Below are positions 47,005-56,021 of a DNA stretch of 64,000 bases, in pieces (position 1 is the first letter of the stretch; each line of letters begins with the position of its first letter). Source of the DNA: Cyanophora paradoxa CCMP329 (lineage: Eukaryota > Plantae > Glaucophyta); NCBI GenBank assembly GCA_004431415.1, contig QPMI01000235.1, positions 1-64,000 of the forward strand, written 5' to 3'. The notes below the pieces were generated by a model, which was given only the letters and a program-made list of their open reading frames with translations, did no database searches and was not told where the DNA came from. Position numbers and translations under genes: made by a program.

Positions 47005-48489
47005 ATGAAGGTCATTCTCTCACTATCAGGTGGAGGTGCTCGTGGAATAGTCATAGCCCGAATTCTACAGCGGATTGAGGCGATTACTGGGAAAGCAATA
47101 CCACAGCTGTTTGATTTCTTTGCAGGCACCTCAACAGGGGCAATAATAGCGGCCGGATTGGCGATCCCATCAACTCCAGGCTCTGTTCTTGCTTACCGAT
47201 ATTCTGCAGGTGATATCTTGAGTCTATATCAAACGAACCTGCCAACAATATTTGCAAATCCAAGATCACTGACAAGCTTGCTCTCAGGAAGCCGCTATGA
47301 TGCAAATCCTCTGGAGTCGGTGCTTACAGACGTTGCCCTGGACTACACAATTGCAGAATCGACAAAAGACGTATTAATTACAGCGTTTGATACAGTTTGG
47401 ATGCAGCCAGTAGTTTTTACAAAGGATGGGCCATATTCAAGCACGCTGATTCGTGATGCAGTTAGAGCATCTTCTGCAGCGCCGACATTCTTTCCACCGA
47501 AGGTTCTAGGGGACAAAAACCTTGTTGACGGGGCAATTGCCTGTTTGAATAATCCCTCAGTTGCAGCGCTAAGCCACGCCAGTAAAATTTACGATGCAGA
47601 AGATCCAATTGTTCTTGTGAGCATTAGCTGTGGTGAGGTCCAAGCCAGTGAGCAATTGACTGCAGGCTTTTCGAATTCGGAGACGTCAGGCTGGGGCGCT
47701 CTGGGCTGGATCCTATCCCTCTCAGGCAGCCCAATCATTTCTATGCTAATGTCAGGTAGCGAGCTGGAATCGCACTTTCAAATGCAGGAACTGCTTCCAG
47801 TTGATGCGGATAGGAATCTAACAAGATACTGGCGTTTAAGTGTTCCGCTGCCAGCTGCAGTCATGAGCAAGCTTGATGATGCCTCTCCATCGAATATTTC
47901 TTATTTGATTTCCACAACTGATTTATGGCTGAAACAAATCGAAATAAATGCTAAAATAAATGCACTCTGCAGTTTTCTATTGGCGAACTACGACCTACTG
48001 AACGATGAGAGACTTATCATATCGTCTACTTTAACAGTTGAGCCTCCATTTGATGTCAACTGGTTTATAATTCCAGATGCGAATATCACAAGCAACGACT
48101 TCGAGGAATTGCACCCACCTTCTCACGTGCGACCCAACTCAACAGGGTTTCAGGGTGGCACTTTACCTAATCCCTGGATCAAAGTCGAGTTTCCCAAGCC
48201 TTTTGAGCTACATCAAATCATTATGTATGGGCCAGCCTTTGCTGCCGGAGTCCTATTTAATTTCAGCATTCTGACCAACTTAGGATATGTCCAAGATGGG
48301 AGGCTTTTTGAAAATACGGTCCTAGCAAATGTGCTTGCTGCAAACCCATCTATGACAGGCTTTGATCTAATGCATAGTGACTCGCATTTGATCACCCCAC
48401 AGGTTTATAACTATGTGCAAATTATAACAAACGAATTTATAAATGTGAATGCGTTCCGGGTTGATTTCCGAGGTCGTTACATTAATTAG
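47005..48489 (+). CDS. Patatin-like phospholipase with C-terminal extension
   Basis: LSLSGGGARG, nucleophile motif AGTSTG, ASSAAPTFFPP and DGA; likely ATG at 47005 (494 aa). Confidence 0.93.
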   Translation: MKVILSLSGGGARGIVIARILQRIEAITGKAIPQLFDFFAGTSTGAIIAAGLAIPSTPGSVLAYRYSAGDILSLYQTNLPTIFANPRSLTSLLSGSRYDANPLESVLTDVALDYTIAESTKDVLITAFDTVWMQPVVFTKDGPYSSTLIRDAVRASSAAPTFFPPKVLGDKNLVDGAIACLNNPSVAALSHASKIYDAEDPIVLVSISCGEVQASEQLTAGFSNSETSGWGALGWILSLSGSPIISMLMSGSELESHFQMQELLPVDADRNLTRYWRLSVPLPAAVMSKLDDASPSNISYLISTTDLWLKQIEINAKINALCSFLLANYDLLNDERLIISSTLTVEPPFDVNWFIIPDANITSNDFEELHPPSHVRPNSTGFQGGTLPNPWIKVEFPKPFELHQIIMYGPAFAAGVLFNFSILTNLGYVQDGRLFENTVLANVLAANPSMTGFDLMHSDSHLITPQVYNYVQIITNEFINVNAFRVDFRGRYIN

Positions 48490-48814
48490 GCGGCGGCATG
48501 AATGCCCAGGAAATCAGAGAGAGTCCAAGACGTGTTGGAATAGTTCTGCCAGATTTATCTTTCTCCCAGAATGGTGCTCCATTACGCCCTCCCAGTCGCC
48601 TCTTAATGTAATTCTCTCTTCGCTGATACCAAGTTGTGTTTTTGGTTGCGAGCTCCTTTTTGATTCCATCAGGACCAAATCGGCGGTAAGCTTGCAGAAA
48701 ACCTATGTTTGTTTGTGTGCTTGGTTTATCTCCAATCGCAACAAGTGATACTTTTTTGTCCCGCATCAATGGCAAGTACTTTTCAATCTGAGCTATGGGC
48801 ATCAACTGCGACAT
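48482..48814 (-). CDS. Hypothetical basic viral protein
   Basis: 110-aa ORF with AAAAATG start; motifs GFLQAY, WxxRRxxYIKR and PTRxxLSLISWA. Confidence 0.7.
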   Translation of the reverse strand: MSQLMPIAQIEKYLPLMRDKKVSLVAIGDKPSTQTNIGFLQAYRRFGPDGIKKELATKNTTWYQRRENYIKRRLGGRNGAPFWEKDKSGRTIPTRLGLSLISWAFMPPPN

Positions 48815-48842
48815 TTTTTGATATATTGTGCCGCTTTTAAAA

Positions 48843-49799
48843 TCAGTGCGGAGCCAAGAAGGCTCCTTGCCTTCGGCTTTCCCTAGTTATGAACTGCAGT
48901 TCACCAGACCAAGGCAGGCCGTTCAGTGATACATCATCACCATCTCTGTCTACAATGCGCAGTCGCAAGGAAGTCAACACAAGACGCTCTTCGATGGGGA
49001 TCCATTCGCCTTCGTTTTCCTGATTAATATACACGAACTTGCCAACATCCTGGCTCATCTGGATTCGAGCAAGCCCGTAGTTGCACATTGTTTTGGCCCC
49101 ACGGCGAAGCTTTGAAGCAAATGGCCGTAGCTCTTCGCAGACAAGGAAGAGGTACTGGTCGCTGTTCATGTCGATTATCTTTGGAAATTCGACAGCATAA
49201 CCAAGTGGCTCACTCCGCATTCTTTCGGTGAAATCGATGCCGTACTCAGGGTGTGCAGGTGTAACTGGAATGCCAGCAACCTCCAGATACCGCTCAGCTG
49301 CAGTTACTGGCCTTTGCCCCCCTTCAAGCACGATAGGAGACAGCAGGAGGGGCTCATTTCGGTTCAGCCCGAGCAGATTTGATAGAGCTTTAAACTGGCA
49401 GGTCAGTGTGCAGGAACGGTTGCAATAGGCAGACATCTTCAGCGTCTCTGGGTCCCGAAACAATTTGAAATAAGCAATCGAGATCCCTTCTAGCCTAATA
49501 TTAAACGATAGGCCAAAGTTGTAAAGATCTGTCTCTCCATAATTTGCAGTTGTAATTATGCCTGGCTCAAAAACCGCCAGATTGTCTGTTCCAATGTAGG
49601 GAAAGGTGATCGAAAGATACTCATCTTTAATGCTGGTGTAAAGGCTGTTTGCAAACTCGCACTGGGTAAGTCGTACAGCAACAGGATTGATTATAGGTTC
49701 ATTTATTTCGAGCACATAGTTTGCCTCTGAATCAATTGGCCTTCTGTCTCTGCTGTCAAAGCTGAGCCTGGCGCAGCGTCGATGCTTGTCTTCGACCAT
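48843..49799 (-). CDS. Minor capsid (penton-like, single jelly roll) protein 1
   Basis: FDSRDR, VRLTQCEFANSLY, YLFL, LARIQM and LRLRIVDRDG..LNGLPWSGELQF match the penton/mCP pattern of large DNA viruses. Confidence 0.8.
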   Translation of the reverse strand: MVEDKHRRCARLSFDSRDRRPIDSEANYVLEINEPIINPVAVRLTQCEFANSLYTSIKDEYLSITFPYIGTDNLAVFEPGIITTANYGETDLYNFGLSFNIRLEGISIAYFKLFRDPETLKMSAYCNRSCTLTCQFKALSNLLGLNRNEPLLLSPIVLEGGQRPVTAAERYLEVAGIPVTPAHPEYGIDFTERMRSEPLGYAVEFPKIIDMNSDQYLFLVCEELRPFASKLRRGAKTMCNYGLARIQMSQDVGKFVYINQENEGEWIPIEERLVLTSLRLRIVDRDGDDVSLNGLPWSGELQFITRESRRQGAFLAPH

Positions 49800-49827
49800 T
49801 TTTATTCTCTAACCGATATTAAAAAAG

Positions 49828-50784
49828 ATGCCTACGGATTACGTCTGCATTGCAAGCCACCTAGCAGATGAGCTTTTATCAACCTCAAAATTCAAGGTTA
49901 GACTGCCTAAAATTTATCAGGATGTAAAAGCTGTGCGCTTGGTATCAGCTGAGATCCCCAACACAATGAGCACAATTGATATACTCGATCCAGCAGAGGA
50001 TTTGGTCTTTGACACCTATATATATTGGTGCAAATATGATCCTGCAAATGAGGGACCAGACCCACCTCAGCCAGGCTTTGGTGCGTGGAATAACATTGCG
50101 ATTCCACCTGGAAATTACGACGTCACCTCGCTTGTGACAAAGATAAACGAAAGGTTGACGGGGACTGGTATCACGTGCACGTATAATTCAGCGGTTAAAT
50201 TAATAGGGTTCACAGCTAGCTTCGAGTTCTTTATTGCTCTGATGTTGCCACCTAACCAGGGTGGGCGGGAAGTCAGAAACTACCAGGCTGTTGCAAGGGC
50301 TCAAAGAACTGCAAAGCTTCTAGGGCTGAGATCAATTCTACCCATCCGGTCTAAGGATTTATCTGTCGATGTTCAATATATAGAGGGCGCTTATGAACCT
50401 GATGTCACTCCCGATGATCATGTGCTCCTACGCATTCCTGAAATTGGTGACCTTGTCAGTATGCCCAATACTTCAATACCTGGCTTCTTTGCCAAAATTA
50501 GCATTCCAAATAGCCTTCGTCCTGGCGAGATAGCATACTATGATTCAACTGAAGCAACTCCTTTGTATAAGTATGTTTATTCAAAGCTGGACCTCTACTC
50601 TGTGACTATTGAGATATACGATTTTATGCAGCGAATCGCTGATTTAAATGGAGCTCCTGTGTCATTTATTCTCGAAATTCGTTATGGTCCTGACGAACCC
50701 AATGGTGATGTTGTCTACGAACTTGCAAAACTTCAGCTCCAGAAAAGGTCAAAGACATATCCTTGGATCAATTCGTCAAACTGA
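49828..50784 (+). CDS. Minor capsid (penton-like) protein 2
   Basis: FKVRLPKIYQDVKAVRLVSAEIPN, IPPGNY, FFAKISIP and IEIYD..DLNGAPVSFILEI; directly upstream of the MCP. Confidence 0.82.
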   Translation: MPTDYVCIASHLADELLSTSKFKVRLPKIYQDVKAVRLVSAEIPNTMSTIDILDPAEDLVFDTYIYWCKYDPANEGPDPPQPGFGAWNNIAIPPGNYDVTSLVTKINERLTGTGITCTYNSAVKLIGFTASFEFFIALMLPPNQGGREVRNYQAVARAQRTAKLLGLRSILPIRSKDLSVDVQYIEGAYEPDVTPDDHVLLRIPEIGDLVSMPNTSIPGFFAKISIPNSLRPGEIAYYDSTEATPLYKYVYSKLDLYSVTIEIYDFMQRIADLNGAPVSFILEIRYGPDEPNGDVVYELAKLQLQKRSKTYPWINSSN

Positions 50785-50825
50785 GTCGCCCAAATTATTT
50801 TCTTTCACTGCAATTATATAAATCG

Positions 50826-52214
50826 ATGGATGTTACTCAGAATTTGCAGCGACTTGGCCTCAAAGAGCTCCTCACGACACCTCAGGAAGCAAAGGACTTC
50901 TTCATGAACAACGAGCTTATGTTGGGTCTAACGAGCCAAACCAAGCCTGTTCGTGTTGTTGTCAACCCAAGCAATGACTATGGAGACTGCTTCGGAAAGA
51001 GGGTTACTTATTTCCTGCCCCGCTACAATTTCCTTCAGGGGCTTGAACTCCAGTTTACCCTGCCCGAGCTGACCGCTTTTACTGGTGACACTGACCTGGT
51101 TCGCACTGGTTATCTGCGCTCTGTTGGTGCTCTTGTAAAGCGAATTGAAATCAAATATGCTTCTTACAGCTACATTGTCCCCGAGGACTGGCTTGTTCAC
51201 AGCGCTCTGATTTTCAATGATGATGCTCAGCTTAAAAAGAAGTACCGGTCTGGTGGCTGGCTCCATGGAACACCCCCGCAGGGTACCAATCGCACTGGAG
51301 GCATTTTCAGTGTAAAAATCCCCTGTCCATGGGAGGGTTCTGTGCTCCCAATTGGTGCTCTATCTGGCGAGGTGTCTGTCGAGGTTTGGTTCCGTGATCG
51401 TGCCCAGGGCTTCGTCGAGACCAGCTATGGTGGTAGGTTTGTAACAGAATATGCCATCGGCGGTGATGCCACTAAAGAAGATGGCCTTGGTAGTGTTGGA
51501 GCTGCCGCTGCATCCCCTGCAAACATCGGCCAGAATATAACTCCCAATGTTCTCAGTGTCACCCCTGCCAATCCCGAGCTTTCTAATCCAAAGATTATTG
51601 CTCATTGCATCAACGTTGATGAGGCCACTTTTGCCCAGGTTATTGAAAAAGTCAAATCGTCTGGAATTGCGATTCCCGCTACGGAGGTCGGCTGGGTTGA
51701 TGCTGATTCAATTACCTATGCAGGTGCTGGTGCGCCAACCAGAATTAATCTGTCTCAAATCAGTGGACTCTGCTACGGTCTATTTGTTAGCATTCGTAAG
51801 CAGACAAATATGAATCAAACTGATGGAAAACACAGTGTCCTCAAAACCGAGGCAAATACTCGTGACATAACTATTTCCTGCGAATTGAATGGCCAGCGGC
51901 TTTATTCTAACGAGCCTGTGCCACTCCTTCAAGGTGCTGAGCTCATTGCTGATGTGTTCAAGTGCTCTAATCTTGATGCTCCTTTGAATAGGTACGTGCT
52001 GACTGGTTTGCCATTTTGCATTAGTGGAGATAAATCGATCCGAAATGCTGCTCAAACTGGTTTCGTAGATCTGACAAACTCGAGCAGCTGCTTCCTGAAT
52101 ATCATGAACCCTGCTGCTTACGATGCAAACAACAAGATTTACGTCCAAATTCGCGCTCTCCTGCACACTGTCCTAATTGTTGATGCTGCGGGTCTTCGTA
52201 AGGTGAACCTCTAG
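50826..52214 (+). CDS. Major capsid protein (double jelly roll)
   Basis: 462 aa from ATG 50826; FGKRVTYFLPR..LQGLELQFTLPEL, LVKRIEIK and LPIGAL..VSVEVWFR; lies between penton and ATPase. Confidence 0.85.
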   Translation: MDVTQNLQRLGLKELLTTPQEAKDFFMNNELMLGLTSQTKPVRVVVNPSNDYGDCFGKRVTYFLPRYNFLQGLELQFTLPELTAFTGDTDLVRTGYLRSVGALVKRIEIKYASYSYIVPEDWLVHSALIFNDDAQLKKKYRSGGWLHGTPPQGTNRTGGIFSVKIPCPWEGSVLPIGALSGEVSVEVWFRDRAQGFVETSYGGRFVTEYAIGGDATKEDGLGSVGAAAASPANIGQNITPNVLSVTPANPELSNPKIIAHCINVDEATFAQVIEKVKSSGIAIPATEVGWVDADSITYAGAGAPTRINLSQISGLCYGLFVSIRKQTNMNQTDGKHSVLKTEANTRDITISCELNGQRLYSNEPVPLLQGAELIADVFKCSNLDAPLNRYVLTGLPFCISGDKSIRNAAQTGFVDLTNSSSCFLNIMNPAAYDANNKIYVQIRALLHTVLIVDAAGLRKVNL

Positions 52215-52265
52215 TCGAAGTGTCGCGGTTGTGTTCGCCTGCGAATATCAGTACTTAATTTTTTG

Positions 52266-53006
52266 ATGGATGAGTCTCAAGAACTCGCAAAGTTCCAGCC
52301 GGGAGAAATGAGGGTTCCTTTTAAGGCCCTGTTTATTTCAAAGTCCAATAGCGGCAAGTCTTTCTACTGCACCAAGCATCTGCTGCGGCTGCTCTATCCA
52401 AAGATCAACCGAGTCGTCGTTTTCACTGCCACCAAATTCAATGGTGAATACTCTGCAATAACGAAAGAGCTTTACGATGATTTTCAACCCGCCATAGTTG
52501 CAGAAATCATTGATTCACAGCGAAATTTGATTGAAAACAAAAAGAAAGCGCCGCAGATATTGCTTGTATTGGACGATCTAGTTGCTGCCTCTGAAACTGT
52601 TGATCTGCGAAATAGCAAGGCTGTAAATCGACTTTTTACACAAGGTCGTCATTTTAATATCAGTACGATTCTTATGACCCAAAAGCTTACAGCATTGAGT
52701 CAATCTATAAGATCGAACTCCGACTATTGTTTTTTCTTCAGTTACTCTAATCATACTGAACTCGAGGCAATTTATAGAGAGTTTAGTCATCTCCCGAAAG
52801 ACGAATTTATTGCTTTGTTCGAAACCTGGGCGCATGATTATCAGTGCCTAGTCCTTGATGGGACCAAGTACGATACGGCCTGGTACGTTGATAAAGCTGT
52901 TGAAGATAAGAGTTTTCGCTTTACAAAATGGCTTAAGAATGAAGAAGAGCCTAAGAAAGAATCGCCTGTTATCTATAAAAAGAGGCGTTTTAAAATCTTA
53001 TCTTAA
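52266..53006 (+). CDS. A32-like FtsK/HerA DNA packaging ATPase
   Basis: Walker A SKSNSGKS, Walker B LLVLDD, Arg finger GRHFNIS, MTQ and IRSNSDY. Confidence 0.92.
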   Translation: MDESQELAKFQPGEMRVPFKALFISKSNSGKSFYCTKHLLRLLYPKINRVVVFTATKFNGEYSAITKELYDDFQPAIVAEIIDSQRNLIENKKKAPQILLVLDDLVAASETVDLRNSKAVNRLFTQGRHFNISTILMTQKLTALSQSIRSNSDYCFFFSYSNHTELEAIYREFSHLPKDEFIALFETWAHDYQCLVLDGTKYDTAWYVDKAVEDKSFRFTKWLKNEEEPKKESPVIYKKRRFKILS

Positions 53007-53015
53007 GAACAGAAG

Positions 53016-53645
53016 ATGGCAAGAGGCATTCCTAAGAAGGGATATCGTGAAAGACGCAAGGTCAATGTTGTTGAACCACTAGTCGAAAGTGGTGCAACAG
53101 AGGGCGCAGCTGTAGCTAATCCTAGCGGGGAGCTCGCAAGTGACCCCAAACTAAACGCACCCGTTGCTAAAACAATTGCCTCCGCAGCAGCTAACGCCAG
53201 TGCAATTGACGACCGACAAAGCCAGGTCAAAATTGTAAACGAAATGCAGTCTGATATTGATGATGATGCTGCTAGAATTTTACAAGCGATGGCGTCTGAA
53301 GCGCGGTATTCAGGGCCTAAAATCAAGACAGCAACGGTGTCAAAAAGTCAGATTGACGAGTTGGCTGCCAAATTGCGTGATCTAGAAGCGAGGTCGGCTA
53401 ATATCGAATCATATGTAAAAGATAAGCAAGAAAGAGCTAAGATCCGCGAGATGTTGCGAAGCGAAATGTTTAAGCACAGATCTATGGATGTACCAGATTT
53501 GCGCTATTTGAAAAATGAAAAAGCTAAAGCCGAGCAATCGCTTGACTCTGCCGAAGTAAAACCAGCAACTCCAAATGTTTTTGAACCCAATTCTACGAGC
53601 TCGCAGATGAAGAATGCAATGGGTGGGAGAAGGATACGACTGTGA
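53016..53645 (+). CDS. Hypothetical protein with basic termini and coiled coil (possible core protein)
   Basis: 209 aa; starts MARGIPKKGYRERRK; 9 bp after the ATPase. Confidence 0.65.
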   Translation: MARGIPKKGYRERRKVNVVEPLVESGATEGAAVANPSGELASDPKLNAPVAKTIASAAANASAIDDRQSQVKIVNEMQSDIDDDAARILQAMASEARYSGPKIKTATVSKSQIDELAAKLRDLEARSANIESYVKDKQERAKIREMLRSEMFKHRSMDVPDLRYLKNEKAKAEQSLDSAEVKPATPNVFEPNSTSSQMKNAMGGRRIRL

Positions 53646-54198
53646 CACATCGATCAACAGGATTTGCATCCACACACCTGGAACATCCACATTTGTGCTT
53701 CATTTCATCCATTTTCGCTAATACCCAGACATGCCTTCCATTTTTCATGATTTTCTTTAGATTTGGCACCCAATACCACACGATAAATCTGAACTTCATC
53801 CACGGCGTAGATGGATTGCACTGGTTACAGTTCCAAACTACTTTTTCACTGTATTGCAACAGCTTTTGCTGAGGTATCCAACTCGTAAATTCATTGCACT
53901 TCGCACACTTCAAACGTGCTTCTCGGACAATTGAAATCTTATCAAAGCATCCGTATTCCTGCTTCTCTCTCGTTTCCCCTGCATATGAGGTTATAATCTT
54001 GTCTAACTGCTTTTCAAAACATTCGTGACACATTGCTTCATTTTCACAGACATCATTGCAATCTATGCAAAGAATAGAGCGAACACGTCTGCGCACCTCA
54101 CAAACTTCCTCATCACTAGACTCTGTGGCCTCTCTATAATCTGAAGTGCTGAAGAGACCTCTTGGAGCAAGTGTGCCGAAAAAGTTGTGTCCTCCCAT
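53593..54198 (-). CDS. Cys-rich, putative zinc-binding protein
   Basis: CxxC pairs CIDC, CHEC, CAKC, CNQC and CSRC. Confidence 0.6.
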   Translation of the reverse strand: MGGHNFFGTLAPRGLFSTSDYREATESSDEEVCEVRRRVRSILCIDCNDVCENEAMCHECFEKQLDKIITSYAGETREKQEYGCFDKISIVREARLKCAKCNEFTSWIPQQKLLQYSEKVVWNCNQCNPSTPWMKFRFIVWYWVPNLKKIMKNGRHVWVLAKMDEMKHKCGCSRCVDANPVDRCVTVVSFSHPLHSSSASS

Positions 54199-54257
54199 TG
54201 TCTTTTACTTTTTACAATATCGGATTGATATTTCTTTAAGACTTGCAAACGCATCGC

Positions 54258-54512
54258 CTAATCGAAATCAGGCAAATCTGTAAGATCTTCTACAGTTGGT
54301 TTCCTCTCTCGCTCTACATATTCAAGCATCCCGTTTACTGTTGCCAGATCATTCGATTGACAAATTTCAAAAGCACGCTGCAATTGCCTTTTATCGTACT
54401 CCCGCAGATGTTCCCAAGATAATAACCATTCGGCGTATTTCGGATCGGTTAAAACTACTTTCAGATGAGTTTCGCCACGGTACTTTCCAAATCGAATTGT
54501 TCCTGCGACCAT
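54258..54512 (-). CDS. Small FGKYxG-motif protein (DUF3820 / exonuclease X C-terminal-like)
   Basis: MVAGTIRFGKYRGET...DPKYAEWL; likely ATG at 54512. Confidence 0.7.
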   Translation of the reverse strand: MVAGTIRFGKYRGETHLKVVLTDPKYAEWLLSWEHLREYDKRQLQRAFEICQSNDLATVNGMLEYVERERKPTVEDLTDLPDFD

Positions 54513-54622
54513 TATTTGAATTATATCTCGGATTTTATGTTCGGAATTTAACGCAACACAAACCTGCGATTTATGCCATAAAAAGATTTCGCACCTTGTT
54601 TGTGACGAGAAAACACGCAAAA

Positions 54623-54898
54623 ATGGATGCTGAATCATCACCTAAACAGCGAGGTCGCAAACCAATTGTTGTCACCCCTGAAATTGCTGCGGCACGAAAA
54701 GCAAAGCGTGCTGAAAATCATCGCCGTCGTTACAGTGAAGATCCGGAATTTCGCCGACGACACATTGAAGCCAGTTCGAAATATCAGCAGAACAACAGCG
54801 AGAATCATTTAGAGGCCAATCGCCGGTATCGCAAACGCATCTACGATAAGCTAGCTCTTTTGGAATCTCTTCAAAATCAACTTGTTATAGTTCTTTGA
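54623..54898 (+). CDS. Small basic putative DNA-binding protein
   Basis: 91 aa from AAAATG at 54623; KQRGRKP AT-hook-like motif followed by an Arg-rich helix. Confidence 0.65.
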   Translation: MDAESSPKQRGRKPIVVTPEIAAARKAKRAENHRRRYSEDPEFRRRHIEASSKYQQNNSENHLEANRRYRKRIYDKLALLESLQNQLVIVL

Positions 54899-56021
54899 TT
54901 GCCCTTCTGGTTTTTGTACTCTCTAATATTCCACCAGGGTTTAACTTGACAGTTCCAGCTGTCGCAAGTTGCTTTTGAAGGCGAAGCAGCTTCTTATTTT
55001 TTTCTATATCTGCTCGATCTAAGTTCTCTCGCATTAGATTAAGCTCCTTCTTTCGTCGTTGCATAGCTTTCTGTGATGCTCCTCCCGCACGACGTTCCTC
55101 TGAATCTGCAGCTACTTTCATTAGTCGCTGGTAGGTCACCGCTTTGCCGTAGCCCGAAAGCGTAAATTTGAGCAGTGGTCCAAAACCACCTATCTCCATA
55201 ATCGTATAGATTTCTTTTGAATACGTAGGCTTTGAAGACTTGTCGAAACGTTTTCTCTCTAGCTGTACCCGCACGCGATCGCCTACTTTAAATTCGACCT
55301 CCTTCAGGTAGTGTTGCTGCTCGTAGATCTCTCGCTGATAATCATTGCGAGCGATTGTCTCCTTCGGATTCTCTGCTGCAGCGTTTGGCGATGTACCGAT
55401 CGACCTATGCTCTGACGAATTATAATTGCGCACAAATGCGGGCAGCTTATCGATGTATCTATCCGTGTCATACGCCTCCATATACCGTGCAATAATTCGC
55501 TTCAAAGTACCATTGAACCGCTCTACTTTTCCATTTGCTTGGGGCCGATGCGCTTCCACAGCATTATGTTTAATTCCCTCAACTTCTAACAGACTAGTAG
55601 CTGAAGCTTTAAACTCCTGATCTGTCTGAATAATATCCGGCTTGGCTGGAAAACTCTCTATTAGTTTCCGTAGAGTTGAAAGGAGTGTCCCTTCGCTCTT
55701 GTTCTTCATCGGAATGCTGTAGGCTTTCCTAGTCACTACGTCCACTGCGTTCATAATAAAGTGAATGCCGCGGTTGGTTCTGGCGTACGGAGTCACGTCG
55801 ATTAGGTCGACCTCGTAGTATTTCTCTGCTTTGTCGTATGTTATACTTGTGAATGGTTTCTCTTTTTGCGGTCTCGCAAATCTTTGCGCTGTCGATAATT
55901 TCTCCAGCACTGCTCTAACCCTGGCAACTGGTATTTTCAACTTCTTTGCAATACGTGTGGCTGACTGAAGCCCTGTTTCTGGATCATAGTATGCCTCCTG
56001 AATTTTGGCCGATGTACTCAT
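54885..56021 (-). CDS. Retroviral-like (rve, DDE) integrase of Polinton type
   Basis: YYDP N-terminus, EVDLID, VDVVTRKA, QTDQEF, VERFNGTLK, YNSSEHRSIGTSP and FKVGDRVRV; alternative ATG at 56045. Confidence 0.95.
   Translation of the reverse strand: MSTSAKIQEAYYDPETGLQSATRIAKKLKIPVARVRAVLEKLSTAQRFARPQKEKPFTSITYDKAEKYYEVDLIDVTPYARTNRGIHFIMNAVDVVTRKAYSIPMKNKSEGTLLSTLRKLIESFPAKPDIIQTDQEFKASATSLLEVEGIKHNAVEAHRPQANGKVERFNGTLKRIIARYMEAYDTDRYIDKLPAFVRNYNSSEHRSIGTSPNAAAENPKETIARNDYQREIYEQQHYLKEVEFKVGDRVRVQLERKRFDKSSKPTYSKEIYTIMEIGGFGPLLKFTLSGYGKAVTYQRLMKVAADSEERRAGGASQKAMQRRKKELNLMRENLDRADIEKNKKLLRLQKQLATAGTVKLNPGGILESTKTRRAIKEL

Noticed and set aside
53615-53645. Adenain cleavage site in ...NAMGGRRIRL
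   Set aside because: Does not fit (M/L/I)xGG-X and no adenain gene is evident
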